Assembly: GCA_002104945.1 (NCBI GenBank)
Contig: MCFH01000014.1
Span: 124,001 to 188,000 of the forward strand
Reading direction: 5' to 3'
Source of the DNA: Piromyces finnis finn
Taxonomy: Eukaryota > Fungi > Neocallimastigomycota
Length of the DNA: 64,000 nt
In this document: positions 34,101-44,649 of the stretch, piece after piece
How positions within the stretch are numbered: the first letter of the stretch is position 1
Layout of the letters: every line of letters begins with the position of its first letter
Program-made: the position numbers and the translations under genes
Notes under the pieces: generated by a model
Seen by the model: the letters and a program-made list of their open reading frames with translations, nothing else
The model's database searches: none
Told to the model about the DNA's origin: nothing

Positions 34101-36589
34101 GAAGTAACGACGGCAATATAAATAACTTTACCTTGGAAGAAAATAATTTAAAATATAATAATTTAAAATATAATAGTGCTGACGAAACTGAAATTTGTGA
34201 AATTAAAGAAGTGAATATAAAGAGAAATGACGACAAGAAAAATAAAAATATAAACAGTAAAGACAATTCAAATATATCAAAGGATAATAAAAGGAATAAT
34301 AAATACCTGAATGCAAAAGGAAATGTTTATTTTATAGAAGAAAATTCAGACATTGTAAATAAAAATGAATTAATTGAAGAAGTATTAAAAACACCATCAG
34401 AAATGGAGATAAATGATTTAACTGGAGAAATTGACAATAATGATTTTTTAAATATCCTGAGTCCTGACATTGATTTAGGAACAAGAAAGAAAATTGATTT
34501 TGAAAATATTGAGAGTGTCAAAAATAATATAAATAAAAATAATAGAAAAGAAATAGAAAATAATTATTCAAATGTAAAAGTAAATTATAAGAATGAAGAA
34601 TATTATAAGAAAAATTACATACCTATTAATGAGAATGAAATAAGAAGAAATTTGAATAAAGAAAATATCAATATTCCTGAAGAAAAGTCCAAATTTAAAA
34701 ATATTTCTGATGAAAAAGAAAGTAATTTAAATAATCAAAATAAAAAGGAATATAATTTGAGAAATTTAAAAAATAAAAATGAAATTAAAGATCCAATCAA
34801 TAAAGATAAATCTAAGAAAAAATTTTTTGATAAGAAAAAGTTATTATCAAAACAAAATTTTTTGAATAAGAGAAATCTAAATAGAAAATTAAAATCCAAT
34901 AAAAATTTTAAATTAAATGAAAATCATCCACCAAAGGAAGAAAAATTCCCAAGAAAGCGGAAACTTGTTCCAAGTGAAGATGTCATAGAAGAAAAATTTA
35001 GTAAGCCACATGAACATGAACCAGAAAAGAAGAAAATTAAGGAAGTGGCGCTAACTATAGCACAAATCAAGGAGCCAAATTCCTATAATGATATATTTAA
35101 AAGAAAAGATAAGGATAAGTGGATAAAAGCAATAGAAGCCGAATTGCTAAATATGAAAGAAAGAAAAGTGTTCAAAAGAATAGATGAAGTTCCAGAAGAC
35201 GCCAATATTATTGATTCAAGATGGGTATTTAAGATAAAAAGGAATAGCACTGGTGAGATAGAAAAATACAAAGCTAGACTTGTAGCCAGAGGTTTTACAC
35301 AAGAATATGGAGAAGACTACAATGAGACCTTTTCTCCTACTCTAAAACAAGACTCATTAAGAATCCTAATAGGAATAGCTGCAATTAATAACTATAAAAT
35401 CCATCAATTAGATGTTAAGGCCGCATATTTGTATGCAGATTTAAAGGAAGATATATATATGAAAGCACCTGAAGGAGATAAAATGTATAAAAAAGGATTA
35501 TGGAAATTAAATAAAGCATTATATGGCTTAAAACAAGCAGCAAGAGAATGGAATAACAACATCAGCAATACTCTCATTGAACTAGGATTTCAGAAATTAG
35601 TTAGCGAACCATGCATATTTATAAAGACCAAAAACAATAAATTAGTATGTTTAGTTGGAATATATGTTGATGACATCCTAATAACTGGTAAAAAGGAAGA
35701 AATAGATAAAACTATTAAATTAATTAAAGAGAAATATGTTATCACGGATGTTGGTGATGCAAATTTCATCATAGGAATCAAAGTAGAAACGTTAAAAGAT
35801 GGGTATTTGTTACATCAAGAAAGGTATTTAAAGGATATATTACACAAATTTGGTTTAGAAAACTGCAGAGGATCAAAGACAACTACACCAATCAAGAATG
35901 ATGAACAACTCAATCAGCCTTTTGACCCTACTACTTATAGAGCTGCAATAGGAAGTCTTTTATATTTAGCCATAGGTACTCGTCCAGATATCTTATTTTC
36001 AGTAACCAAAGCATCTAGGTTCTCACAAAATCCTACTATCCAAAATTGGAAGAATGTATTACAAATATTCAAATATCTGAAAGAAAATCCTCATTATGGA
36101 ATCCGTTTTGAAAGAAACTTAAATTTGAAGATTTTTGTAGATTCAGACTATGGGGGAGATGAAGAAACAAGAAAATCTACCACTGGATTTGTATTTTTAT
36201 TGGGAAATGGACCAACAAGCTGGTACTCAAAACTGCAAAAATGTGTATCAACTTCAACCGCCGAAGCAGAATATTATGGACTTTGTGAATGCTCAAAGCA
36301 AGCTCTGTGGTATAGAAATATTTTTAGTGAATTAAAAATAAAGGAAGAATGCTTAAAAATCAATATTGATAATCAAGCAACTATTTACAACGCAAATAAT
36401 GAAACGATTAATCCAAAGTCAAAACATATTGATATTAAGTACCATAAAGTAAGAGAATTAATTAAAGAAAATAAAATCAGTCTAGAATATATAAAATCAG
36501 AAGAAAATTTAGCAGATGGTTTTACTAAATACTTGAATAAAAATAAAATGAAAATATTTAGAGATAGTTTATTATATAAATACAAATAA
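31136..36589 (+). CDS. Copia Gag-Pol polyprotein
   Basis: ATG at 31136. Zinc knuckle CYFCHQKGHTVKQC, protease WTLDSGASNHI, integrase HIDLVGP/LRSDNGTEF/QNGRAER, RT YKARLVARGFTQ/YGLKQAAREW/YVDDILI and RNase H DSDYGG...STTG...EAEY...DNQA...ADGFTK. Confidence 0.97.
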   Translation: MSKRKSNGDTGSIPIFDPTVMLGKVTYELNNKNFITWQMFMRNILNYYGLEDWVDENKTPKIKSDEGMDIDGEEYLKAPFEINTYYDKNVTEDDLKTDRNIQFLIRYTLGPNCQQDIQDRSLTSYEMWKLLEDIYLGDKIERKNRLIKETNSLKYDPKESFSRFVNKLNSNFNKLEQLNVKIDDEEKIGLLYQALPEKYRKVTVLKHEDWEECKKDTARMIDKMNKFDPKEKSETFGIRHIFSVEGSYKGDKRKESTKYYRNKQSNNHNKNTNKGKEKSNEERNWNNKNKQNITCYFCHQKGHTVKQCRIQKELSEEVTRRLRKEKNKGKEAFLATGEIVNKQTTEDFEPEVGYQDLFTVDYNTLFDNNNDECNNKSCNYVSCENVPTSFTTWTLDSGASNHITKDIGILKNVFEHVEPINYANGATTKSTHMGEVNGSINEEPIKLEDVMYIPDVKRNLISVAKLVKSGYQIIFDEKNNNVFAYIKDKKTDNVYEVKANEYDVFNLYIKEGNVVNNYSMCDNVRNNGEYWHRRIGHLNFNNNDEKNNIHNCTICMRSKMKEIPHKRSDSRASSVLELVHIDLVGPITPSIHDNVYFLSILDDYSRYGWVIFVKNKSDVFKEFGNWLNKTTNELSSKVKYLRSDNGTEFTSNNFKELCNEYGITQQFTVPGNPEQNGRAERFNGKLIKTATAMLMDARLCRRFWEDAVKTANYVHNRVPHSGINGEIPFELMYNRKVDYKNLRVFGCKVYYLDDSNIPKFQDKTKEGIFIGYDESSVGYRIFDIKSRKIKVKRVVGFLEEEPGDYNYNLEKENNNETYSQDTETFQVRNFNYMYDKENENNNNKDKKEKDISNENDKLMNENLETLNDKTSNKEDLKEVNYEEKFRNIEEKLDKLTSLLNKEKNNSSESFMQVCEDTNDSNMSIEDSEEEDLNLLDYIKLKEKKKERLNKNNYQKIEEMEENKEIKISTSMESVSETNKEKENNNDISGSNDGNINNFTLEENNLKYNNLKYNSADETEICEIKEVNIKRNDDKKNKNINSKDNSNISKDNKRNNKYLNAKGNVYFIEENSDIVNKNELIEEVLKTPSEMEINDLTGEIDNNDFLNILSPDIDLGTRKKIDFENIESVKNNINKNNRKEIENNYSNVKVNYKNEEYYKKNYIPINENEIRRNLNKENINIPEEKSKFKNISDEKESNLNNQNKKEYNLRNLKNKNEIKDPINKDKSKKKFFDKKKLLSKQNFLNKRNLNRKLKSNKNFKLNENHPPKEEKFPRKRKLVPSEDVIEEKFSKPHEHEPEKKKIKEVALTIAQIKEPNSYNDIFKRKDKDKWIKAIEAELLNMKERKVFKRIDEVPEDANIIDSRWVFKIKRNSTGEIEKYKARLVARGFTQEYGEDYNETFSPTLKQDSLRILIGIAAINNYKIHQLDVKAAYLYADLKEDIYMKAPEGDKMYKKGLWKLNKALYGLKQAAREWNNNISNTLIELGFQKLVSEPCIFIKTKNNKLVCLVGIYVDDILITGKKEEIDKTIKLIKEKYVITDVGDANFIIGIKVETLKDGYLLHQERYLKDILHKFGLENCRGSKTTTPIKNDEQLNQPFDPTTYRAAIGSLLYLAIGTRPDILFSVTKASRFSQNPTIQNWKNVLQIFKYLKENPHYGIRFERNLNLKIFVDSDYGGDEETRKSTTGFVFLLGNGPTSWYSKLQKCVSTSTAEAEYYGLCECSKQALWYRNIFSELKIKEECLKINIDNQATIYNANNETINPKSKHIDIKYHKVRELIKENKISLEYIKSEENLADGFTKYLNKNKMKIFRDSLLYKYK

Positions 36590-36603
36590 TGAATTTATAA
36601 CTT

Positions 36604-36611
36604 TGGGGGAG
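36604..36611 (+). promoter_or_regulatory. Polypurine tract
   Basis: GGGGGAG immediately precedes the 3' LTR. Confidence 0.8.
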
Positions 36612-36846
36612 TGTGAAAATAAAATACATTCCAAAATAATATTTTATGTATTTTTTATGTATTTGTATTTTATAAAATTATAAATTAATATTGTACTACA
36701 TTTTTATTCTTTGGTTATTTTTTAATAAAAAGATTTTAAGAAAGTTACAATATTTATATTATAAAATAAATATAAATAAATAAAAGATTATAAAAACCCA
36801 AATAGTTTTATAAATAAATTTAAGTGTAAACTAAATTTATCTGACA
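36612..36846 (+). repeat. 3' LTR (235 bp)
   Basis: No difference from the 5' LTR found by eye. Confidence 0.97.
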
Positions 36847-37853
36847 GAAATAAATATTTATTCAATAGGATTAGGTGAAATATTATGACAATGTTTTTTT
36901 TTTTTTTTAAAAAAAAATATACATATTATTAAATCTGTTTAATGGAAAAAAGAAATTTAATATTGAAATACATGACTATTAAACTATATAATTCTTTTGT
37001 AAATAATGAAAATGGTGATAAGAGAGGAAGGTATATAAAATAAATAAATGTTAATGTATCTAGAACTATTATTTAATAGTCAATTTTTTGAAGAAAAAAA
37101 AAAAAAAAAAGATTACAAACAATTATGCATAGAAATTTTTATAGATAAAATTTTGTTAAAACTTTTTTTTTTATGATAAGATTAAAATAATAATAAATAA
37201 AAATTTTTATGATAAAATTTCTAGTTTTCTACATTGTAAAATTCTTAATTTGAAAAAAAAAAAAAAGAGAGAGAGAGAAATAATAAAGTATTGATAATAA
37301 TAATAAATGTTGTATGTATTAAAAATAATAAAGGTATTTACTTATAATTAAATACCTTTTTATAATTTATAAAAATGTCTCCTTCAGAAGGCTTAGAAAA
37401 TTGTGAAAAAAAAATTTTTTTTCTAATACATTAAAAAAATGGAATAGATGCATATCTTTTCTTTTTTTTTTTTTAAATAATAGACCTTTTTTTTTTAATT
37501 AAAAATAAAATAAAATCTTAATGTTTTTTCATTTTTTTTCCTTTACTTAATATATTGAATGAACTATAGAAAAAAAAAAAGATAAAACTATTTATAATAA
37601 AAAAAAGGAATCTTTAATTAATTAGAAGAAAGGATTAATATTTAGGATTATAGTTTTTATTATAATAATATTTTATTTAATATATAATTTATACCTTTAT
37701 TGTGCATGCATTGTAATTTAAATAAATAATTAAGTATATACAAAAAAAAAAAAAAAAAGTGGATTATACACCATAGTTTATTTTTTTATTATTTATAATA
37801 AATAGTACATCATATCATTTTATATAATAATGTTTTTGATGATATTTATATGT

Positions 37854-38888
37854 TTATTCTTTATCATCTTCTAATATATTATCTTTTGTATCCAAAGGTG
37901 TTTCCATATTAATCTCATCATTATTTTCTTCATTATCATCCATTTCAACTTGTTTTTCTTTTTCTTCTTCTTCTTTCTTTTCTTCTACTTTTTCAATTTC
38001 CTTTTCTTCTCTCATTACTTCTTTCTTTTCAATTACCTTTTCTTCTTCTTTCTTCTCTTCTACTTTTTCAATTTCCTTTTCTTCTCTTATTACTTCTTTC
38101 TTTTCAATTACCTTTTCTTCTTCTTTCTTCTCTTCTACTTTTTCAATTTCTTTTTCATTCATTTCTTCTTTAGTATCTTCATTTTCCTTAACATCATCAA
38201 ATTCCTTTTGATTATTTGAATAGATAAAGGCATTATGTTTTTGTTCATTTTGTAATCTTTCTCTCATTTCTAATTCTCTCATTTCTTCATTACGCTCCTC
38301 TCTTTCTTGTTCACGTCTTTCTTGCTCTAATCTAGCCTTTACAATTTTTTCTCGACGTTTTCTTTCACTTTCTACTAAAAGATTTTCATAAGTATTGATA
38401 TCAGACTTGGAAAATTTCTTTGGATCGGCGAGTTCAACCGTTTTTTTATGATGGGTGTTTAAATCAATTAATCTTTTTTGAAGTTCTAAAATACGATTAC
38501 TCTTACTACATCCTTCTTTTTTACCAGTTTCTATTTTATTATTATTTGTTGTTGAATTATTAATATTTTCAAAAAGCTCCTTATTTTTCTTATTCTTATT
38601 ACTAATGGCAAGTTGTTCTGTATTACTGAAAATTTTTGATTTTCCTGAAAAGTTGGATTCCTTACTTTCTTTGGCTAATTCTTCAAACATTTGTTTATTT
38701 CTACGATTTCTTTCGGATAAGGCTTGTGATTCTTCCATATTATATTTGGTTGGACTACTACTGGATGGACTCTTATTTTCACGTTGATCTTTAGCAATTT
38801 GTTCAAACATTTGTTTACTTTGTTTATTCTTGTTGGAAAGGGCTTTAGCGCTATCATTATCTGGACTATAACTTGTTACGGGTGAAGA

Positions 38889-38924
<36 letters not shown>

Positions 38925-40669
38925 AGTTGTTGTTGCTATTGCTAGTGATGTTGGCGTAGGCTTTTCTTCAATAACAGATTCTTTTTTAACTTCATTCTTT
39001 ATCGATTCTACTTTATCCTTTTCTATTTTTTCTTCTTTTACTGGTTCATTTTCTTTCTTTATACCTTCCAATTCCTTCTTTTCTTCTTCTTCTTTTTCTA
39101 CTACTTCTTTTTTATTTTCAATGTTAGATTTTATATCTTCTTTCTTTTCTTCTCGAGTAGGAGTAAATGGTTCATTTCTTGAATATGATTTTGTTGGGGA
39201 TGCTGAAGTTGGACTTGAAGAATCTTTTTCACCTTTAGCCATTTGTTCAAATAGTTGCTTCGCTTGTTTATTTTTATTGGAAAGTGAATATTTATCTACA
39301 GTAATTCTATTTGTACTAGAAGATGGGTTTGAGGAAAGTTGATTCTTTGCCATTTGTTCAAACATAAGTTTATTTTGTTTATTTTTGTTGGAAAGAGCAG
39401 TAGCTTCATCATTACTGAATCTTGAACTTGAGGATACCACTGGTTTTGAATTCATTTCACCTTTAGCAATATTTTCAAATATTTGCTTGGCTTGCTTATT
39501 TTTATTAGAAAGTTCTTCAGCATCACGATTCATAATTTCTGATTTTTTAGTTGGGGAGGATGGACTACTAAATGTTTCTGATGTTTTATTTGTATCCATA
39601 TCTAATTTCTTTATAGAAGAAATGGATGTTGTGGTTGGTGAAGATTTCATTGAACTTTCTGATTCTTTATCCTGATGATGGAATAATTCTTTTTCTAATA
39701 ATTTACTTTTTTCTTTAATGGCATTACTATTACCTCTGGGTCTTGTTTGATTTATTGATGAAGATGTTGTGTTAGAATTTGTAGTTGTATTCACTGCTTG
39801 TAAATAACTATTTAATCGATTAGAAATTTTATTTGAAGCACTTTGTCTTGTAGGTGAGGTGGATTGACTTTTTTCTTCGATTTCATTTTTGGTCTTAATT
39901 TCAGTTACTTTCTTTAAATTATTATTATTAGTAATTTCATCAATTTCTTTTTCTTCTGATTGTTGTTCAACCTTATTTGATTCATTGACTAAATCTTTTT
40001 CTTCTGATTGTTGTTCAACCTTATTTGATTCATTGACTAAATCTTTTTCTTCTGATTGTTGTTCAACCTTATTTGATTCATTAACTAAATCTTTTTCTTC
40101 TGGTTGTTGTTCAACCTTATTTGATTTATTAACTAAATCTTTTTCTTCTGGTTGTTGTTCAACCTTATTTGATTCATTTACAATATCATTTTCTTTTTTT
40201 TCTAAAGAAGTATGATCCATTTTTTCTCTTCTACCTTCAGTATTTGAAATTATTTTTGGTATATCTAATTTTGGTTCATCTCCTTCTTCATTTTCAATTT
40301 TAACTTTTTTTGAGGTTAACATTAATTGAGCAGAATCATCGGCTATATATTATTTAAAGTATGAAATATATATGTTTGGGTATATCATATATAATTTTTT
40401 ATATATTTAATATTTAATAATTGTAAAAAAAAAAAAAAAAAATAAAAAATAAAAAATATAATTTGAAAAAAAAAAAAAACTTTTAATTCAATTTACTTTG
40501 TCTAACTTCATTTTCCTATTATATATATATTTAATACAATAATTAGAAATAGAAATTTAATAATTTATTTATATATATATATATTATTATAAAAAATTGT
40601 TTTTATTACTTCAATTAGATTTGCATCTAGAGATGTGGTTGTATTATTTTCTAATTCGATATCACTCAT
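37854..40669 (-). CDS. Low-complexity charged protein with internal repeats; predicted exons 40669-40610, 40515-40497 (19-nt microexon), 40342-37854
   Basis: Long open frame. Upstream GT-AG joins give MSDIELENNTTTSLDANLIE-ENEVRQ-TDDSAQLMLTSKK in frame. Six copies of an L/ISNKNKQxKxhFE helix. No recognisable globular domain. Confidence 0.7.
37975..38160 (-). repeat. 75-bp coding tandem repeat (~2.5 copies; EKEIEKVEEKKEEEKVIEKKEVxRE)
   Basis: Period of 75 seen at 38041/38116. Confidence 0.85.
39948..40190 (-). repeat. 48-bp coding tandem repeat x5 (EKDLVNESNKVEQQ[SP]E)
   Basis: CTTCTG[AG]TTGTTGTTCAACC recurs at 39953, 40001, 40049, 40097 and 40145. Confidence 0.9.
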
Positions 40670-41996
40670 ATTTAAATATTGTTATTATTTTAAATAAAAT
40701 ATATATTCATATATATATATAAAAGTAGCTTTGTAATATATTTTTATCTTTGTTATACTAATCGTAGGTTTATTTGTATATATATATTCTTTTTACAATA
40801 CTAACTTTTTTAAATTAATTTTAATACGTATTATCACTATTTTATTATTAAAACAATTCTTTCTTTCTCTTTCTCCTTTCTCCTTTCTCTCTATTATTTT
40901 ATTTTATTTTTATTTTATTATTTTATTTTATAATTTTTTTTTTTTTTATTCTTCATTTTAATCATATTATTATTTTAACCATAAAAAACTTTAAATAGTT
41001 AAACTTTAAATTGTATTTAAAATGTTCATTATAAACATCTTTAAAATTTTTAAACTTTTCAAATTATGCTTCCTATTCTAATGTTATTTTCCATATTTTA
41101 AATATTCCATTGGTATCTCTATTTTAACACACCACACTCTTATTATAAAATAAAAGAGAAAAAAAAAAAGAAAAGAAAGGTGTATCATTCCTTTTTTCAT
41201 CTTTTTTTTTATTATAATAAATCAAAAAAGTTGTAATATGAATTTATAAATATACATTGACATACTTTTTCTTTTTTATTATTATTTTGTATAGTTGAAA
41301 AAACCTTTTTTTATAATTAATAAAATTATTAAAAGTATTTTTCTTTTTCTTTTTTCTTTTAAATTAGAATAGAAAATAATTGTTCAACTTTTTTATATTT
41401 ATGGAAAAAACAAAAGTTTTAAAAATACACTTATAAAATATCCTTTAAAAAGGATTACTGCTCATAACTTCCCATTTCAATAAAATAGACATTTTTTATT
41501 TTACACTAATTTCTTTTATCAAAATTAAATTATTAAATATGAAAAGCTTTATTTTTTAATAATTTAAATTTTATTTATTTTTTATTTTTTTTTTAATTCC
41601 TTTCTTATTTTAAATTTACATCCTTTTTAAAGATTTATTTCTAATTTCTTCTATTATATTGATTTTATTATTATTATTTTAATAAATTATAAAGTTTTTA
41701 TGATTATTTCTATATATTTTTTTAACAATGAATACTCTACTTTTATAAAATAATTTATTTCAATATTTGAATACTAAAAAAATTAAAAAAAAATAAAAAC
41801 ATTAATAAAAAAAATTTTTTTTTTAATATTTATTATTTTATTTTTTTTTATTTTTTTAAATTAAATATTTTAATAAAAATATTTTGTCTAGGTATATAAA
41901 ATATTATTAGAGTATTTCAAGTTCAATTTCTAATAGTTTTTTTTTTTTGGATATTTTTTGATATTGATGATTTTTAATGAATGATATTTATGATAT

Positions 41997-42657
41997 TTAA
42001 AGGAAGTTCATAGCTAAAGCAGAAATAGCTAAGAAGGAAACTAAAACCTTAGCAACCTTGTTAGAGCTAGCACCACTGTCCATATCATCATTCTTAGTTT
42101 GAGTGATTGGTTGAGTAGTAGCACCAGTGTTTTGGTTAGTTTGACCAGTTGGTTGGTTAGTTTGTTCAGTGGATTGACCTGGAGTTTGTTGTTGTGGTTG
42201 TTGTTGTTGTTGTGGTTGAGTTTGTTGTTGTTGGGATTGTTGAGCACTGTTAACAATACCTTCGAATTGGTCACGAGCAGCCTTCATGGTGCTAACAGTG
42301 TTACTAGTATCATTGTTACAGAAAGATTCAAAACATTGAACAATACTTTTGTAACCGTTGTAGACACATTCGTTGTATTTAGTCATGTCAGAGGATTGTA
42401 AAACTGAGCAAGCAGTCCAAGCCTTTGGGTCAAGAGAACCACCGGCATTTTGGATACAGGCTATTTATTTTAATATATATTATTTTAAATAAGTTTTTAA
42501 TAAGTATTTTATTATTAATAAACCTTTTAATACTATTTATTCATTATTTTCATTATTTCTATTCTATTTTCTATTTATTTTAATAAAAAAAATACTAACT
42601 ATCGAAGTTAAGAGCAACTTCACAGTTAACTGGACCGTAAGAAGAGTTACCAGACAT
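41997..42657 (-). CDS. Small (173 aa) six-cysteine protein with Gln/Thr-rich linker and GPI-type C-terminal signal; exons 42657-42600 and 42460-41997
   Basis: The intron GTTAGT...AAATAG joins in frame. The C-terminus is SGASSNKVAKVLVSFLAISALAMNFL. Codon usage favours C-ending codons (TAC, AAC, TTC, GAC). Confidence 0.8.
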
Positions 42658-44057
42658 GTTTAATTATTTTAAATTTGTTTTTGTTTTGTAATATAAAATT
42701 TATTATTAATTATAATAATAATAAAAATAAAACTGAAAAAGGAAAAAGGAATCCTTTTATACTCTTTTTTTTTTTAAAAAATATAATATATTATTATTAT
42801 ATTTATTATATATTCTTTTATTTTATTCTATTTAATTATAATTAATTAAAAATAAAAAAAACGTTTCTTATTTTAATTATTATTTTATATATTTAAATTA
42901 CATTATCTGATATATTAAATTATAATAATATATATTACAATAAAACCCATGGAATTGATTGGCAATTAGAATCTTAAATTTTTATTATTTTTTAGAGAAA
43001 AGAATAGCTTCATTTAATTAAGTAATAATTTAATAATTTTATATATAATTATAAAATTATAATCTTTTTTATTAAATAATAATAATTTTTTAAATAATAA
43101 AAAAATAAGACATGCTAATTTCTTTCTTAATGAATTATAAAAAGTATCTTTTTTTTTTTAAAAAAAAAAAGGCTATAATAAAATTATCTTTTTCTAAATA
43201 TAAAAGAAATATTTTAATTTTCTTGTGTGTTATTATAAAAAGTCTAATTTAAATTTATATATTAGAATATATTCAATTAATTTATTAATTAATGTAATTA
43301 ATATATTGATGGAAAGTATAATTTTTTTTCATATCAATAAAACAATTAAATTATCGATAGTATAATGATAATATTAAAATAAAATATAAATAATTATATT
43401 ATGATATTCTATTAATATAATAAATATATATTAAAATATATTGAAACTCTATAATAAAATAGACTCTATAAAAAATCTCCAAAAGTATCCACTTTTTTTA
43501 TTATAAAATAAAATTTAAAAAAGAAAAGATTAAAATTAAATTATTTTAATTAAAAATAAATGTATTATATAATTCACATATATAAATAATATAATTATAA
43601 TAGAATTACAATATATAATAGAAAGATGGTATAATTGAATAAAGTCTATTAATTAATATAATAATAAAAATTGAAATTTAATAAATTTAACGGCCTATGA
43701 AAAAATTATTAATTGATTAAAAATTCCCATAATAGAAAGTAAAGTTTATGGCAACATAAAAGAAAAAAATTCATTTTCATTTGGTATTAATTATCGCTTA
43801 AAACGAAAAAGAAAGGAAGATGTAAAGGGATAAACACATTGATTATAAATTGAAATATTTATATTATTATATAAAGAAAAGAAGAACCATTTTATTTTTA
43901 TCAATAAAATCATCCTAGTGATTGATATAATTTTTAAATATTAAGATTTAATAGTTGAAAAATAATATAGAGTAATGAATGAAAAGAAATTCTTAGTCAT
44001 CCATTAAAATCACCTTTCTTCCTATTTTAATAATAAATTTCATAAATTTTCAATCCG

Positions 44058-44101
<44 letters not shown>

Positions 44102-44649
44102 ATCTTATCATGTATATTTGACATTAACAACAAAAATGTTAGTAAAGTATAAAAATAATTAAATTAAATTTCCAATACATTATTAGGACTTTTTTTTCTT
44201 ATTGTCTATTTTAAAGTAAAAGCCCCCTTTTTTTTATACGACTTTAATTCATTTAAATTATGATGGAATGATAAAAAAATAAAGGGAAAAAAAATAAAAT
44301 GGATAATGCATAAAAAATGTATATATAATAATAATGAATTTCATATTAATTACTTCTTCAGTTTGCCATCATTAAATAGACATTTCTTATATTTTATTGG
44401 TTTTCCATTATATAAATTATAAATTTTTATCCTTTATTTTTTTTTTTTTAAATAATTGCTATGTATATGCATGAAATTAGTTTTGACTTATTGGTAAAAA
44501 TAAGAGTTTTTTTTTATTATTATTATATACTTTATATTAATAAAAGTGAGAATGTGTGATTAGCTTGTTTAAATTAACGAAAAAAGAATTTAAAATAATA
44601 AATTTATTTTTTCTTAAGACATTTTAAAATTTTAAATTTTTTAAAAAGA

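Larger units (their letters stand above)
30853..36846 (+). mobile_element. Full-length Ty1/copia LTR retrotransposon, recently inserted
   Basis: Two 235-bp TG...CA LTRs that appear identical, 5-bp TSD GAAAT (30848-30852, 36847-36851), a single intact gag-pol ORF in PR-IN-RT-RH order, and a PPT before the 3' LTR. Confidence 0.98.

Noticed and set aside
37330-37359. 11-bp hairpin AAAGGTATTTA/TAAATACCTTT
   Set aside because: Short and AT-rich, and expected by chance at this base composition.
37950-40215. Plus-strand Phe/Ser/Leu-rich ORFs
   Set aside because: Antisense shadows of the Glu/Lys-rich minus-strand gene and its repeats.
44062-44100. 39-nt T-run as the poly(A) tail of another retroposed insertion
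   Set aside because: No second copy of the left flank (CAATCCGGGGA) was found and the adjacent sequence matches neither the LINE nor the SINE tail.
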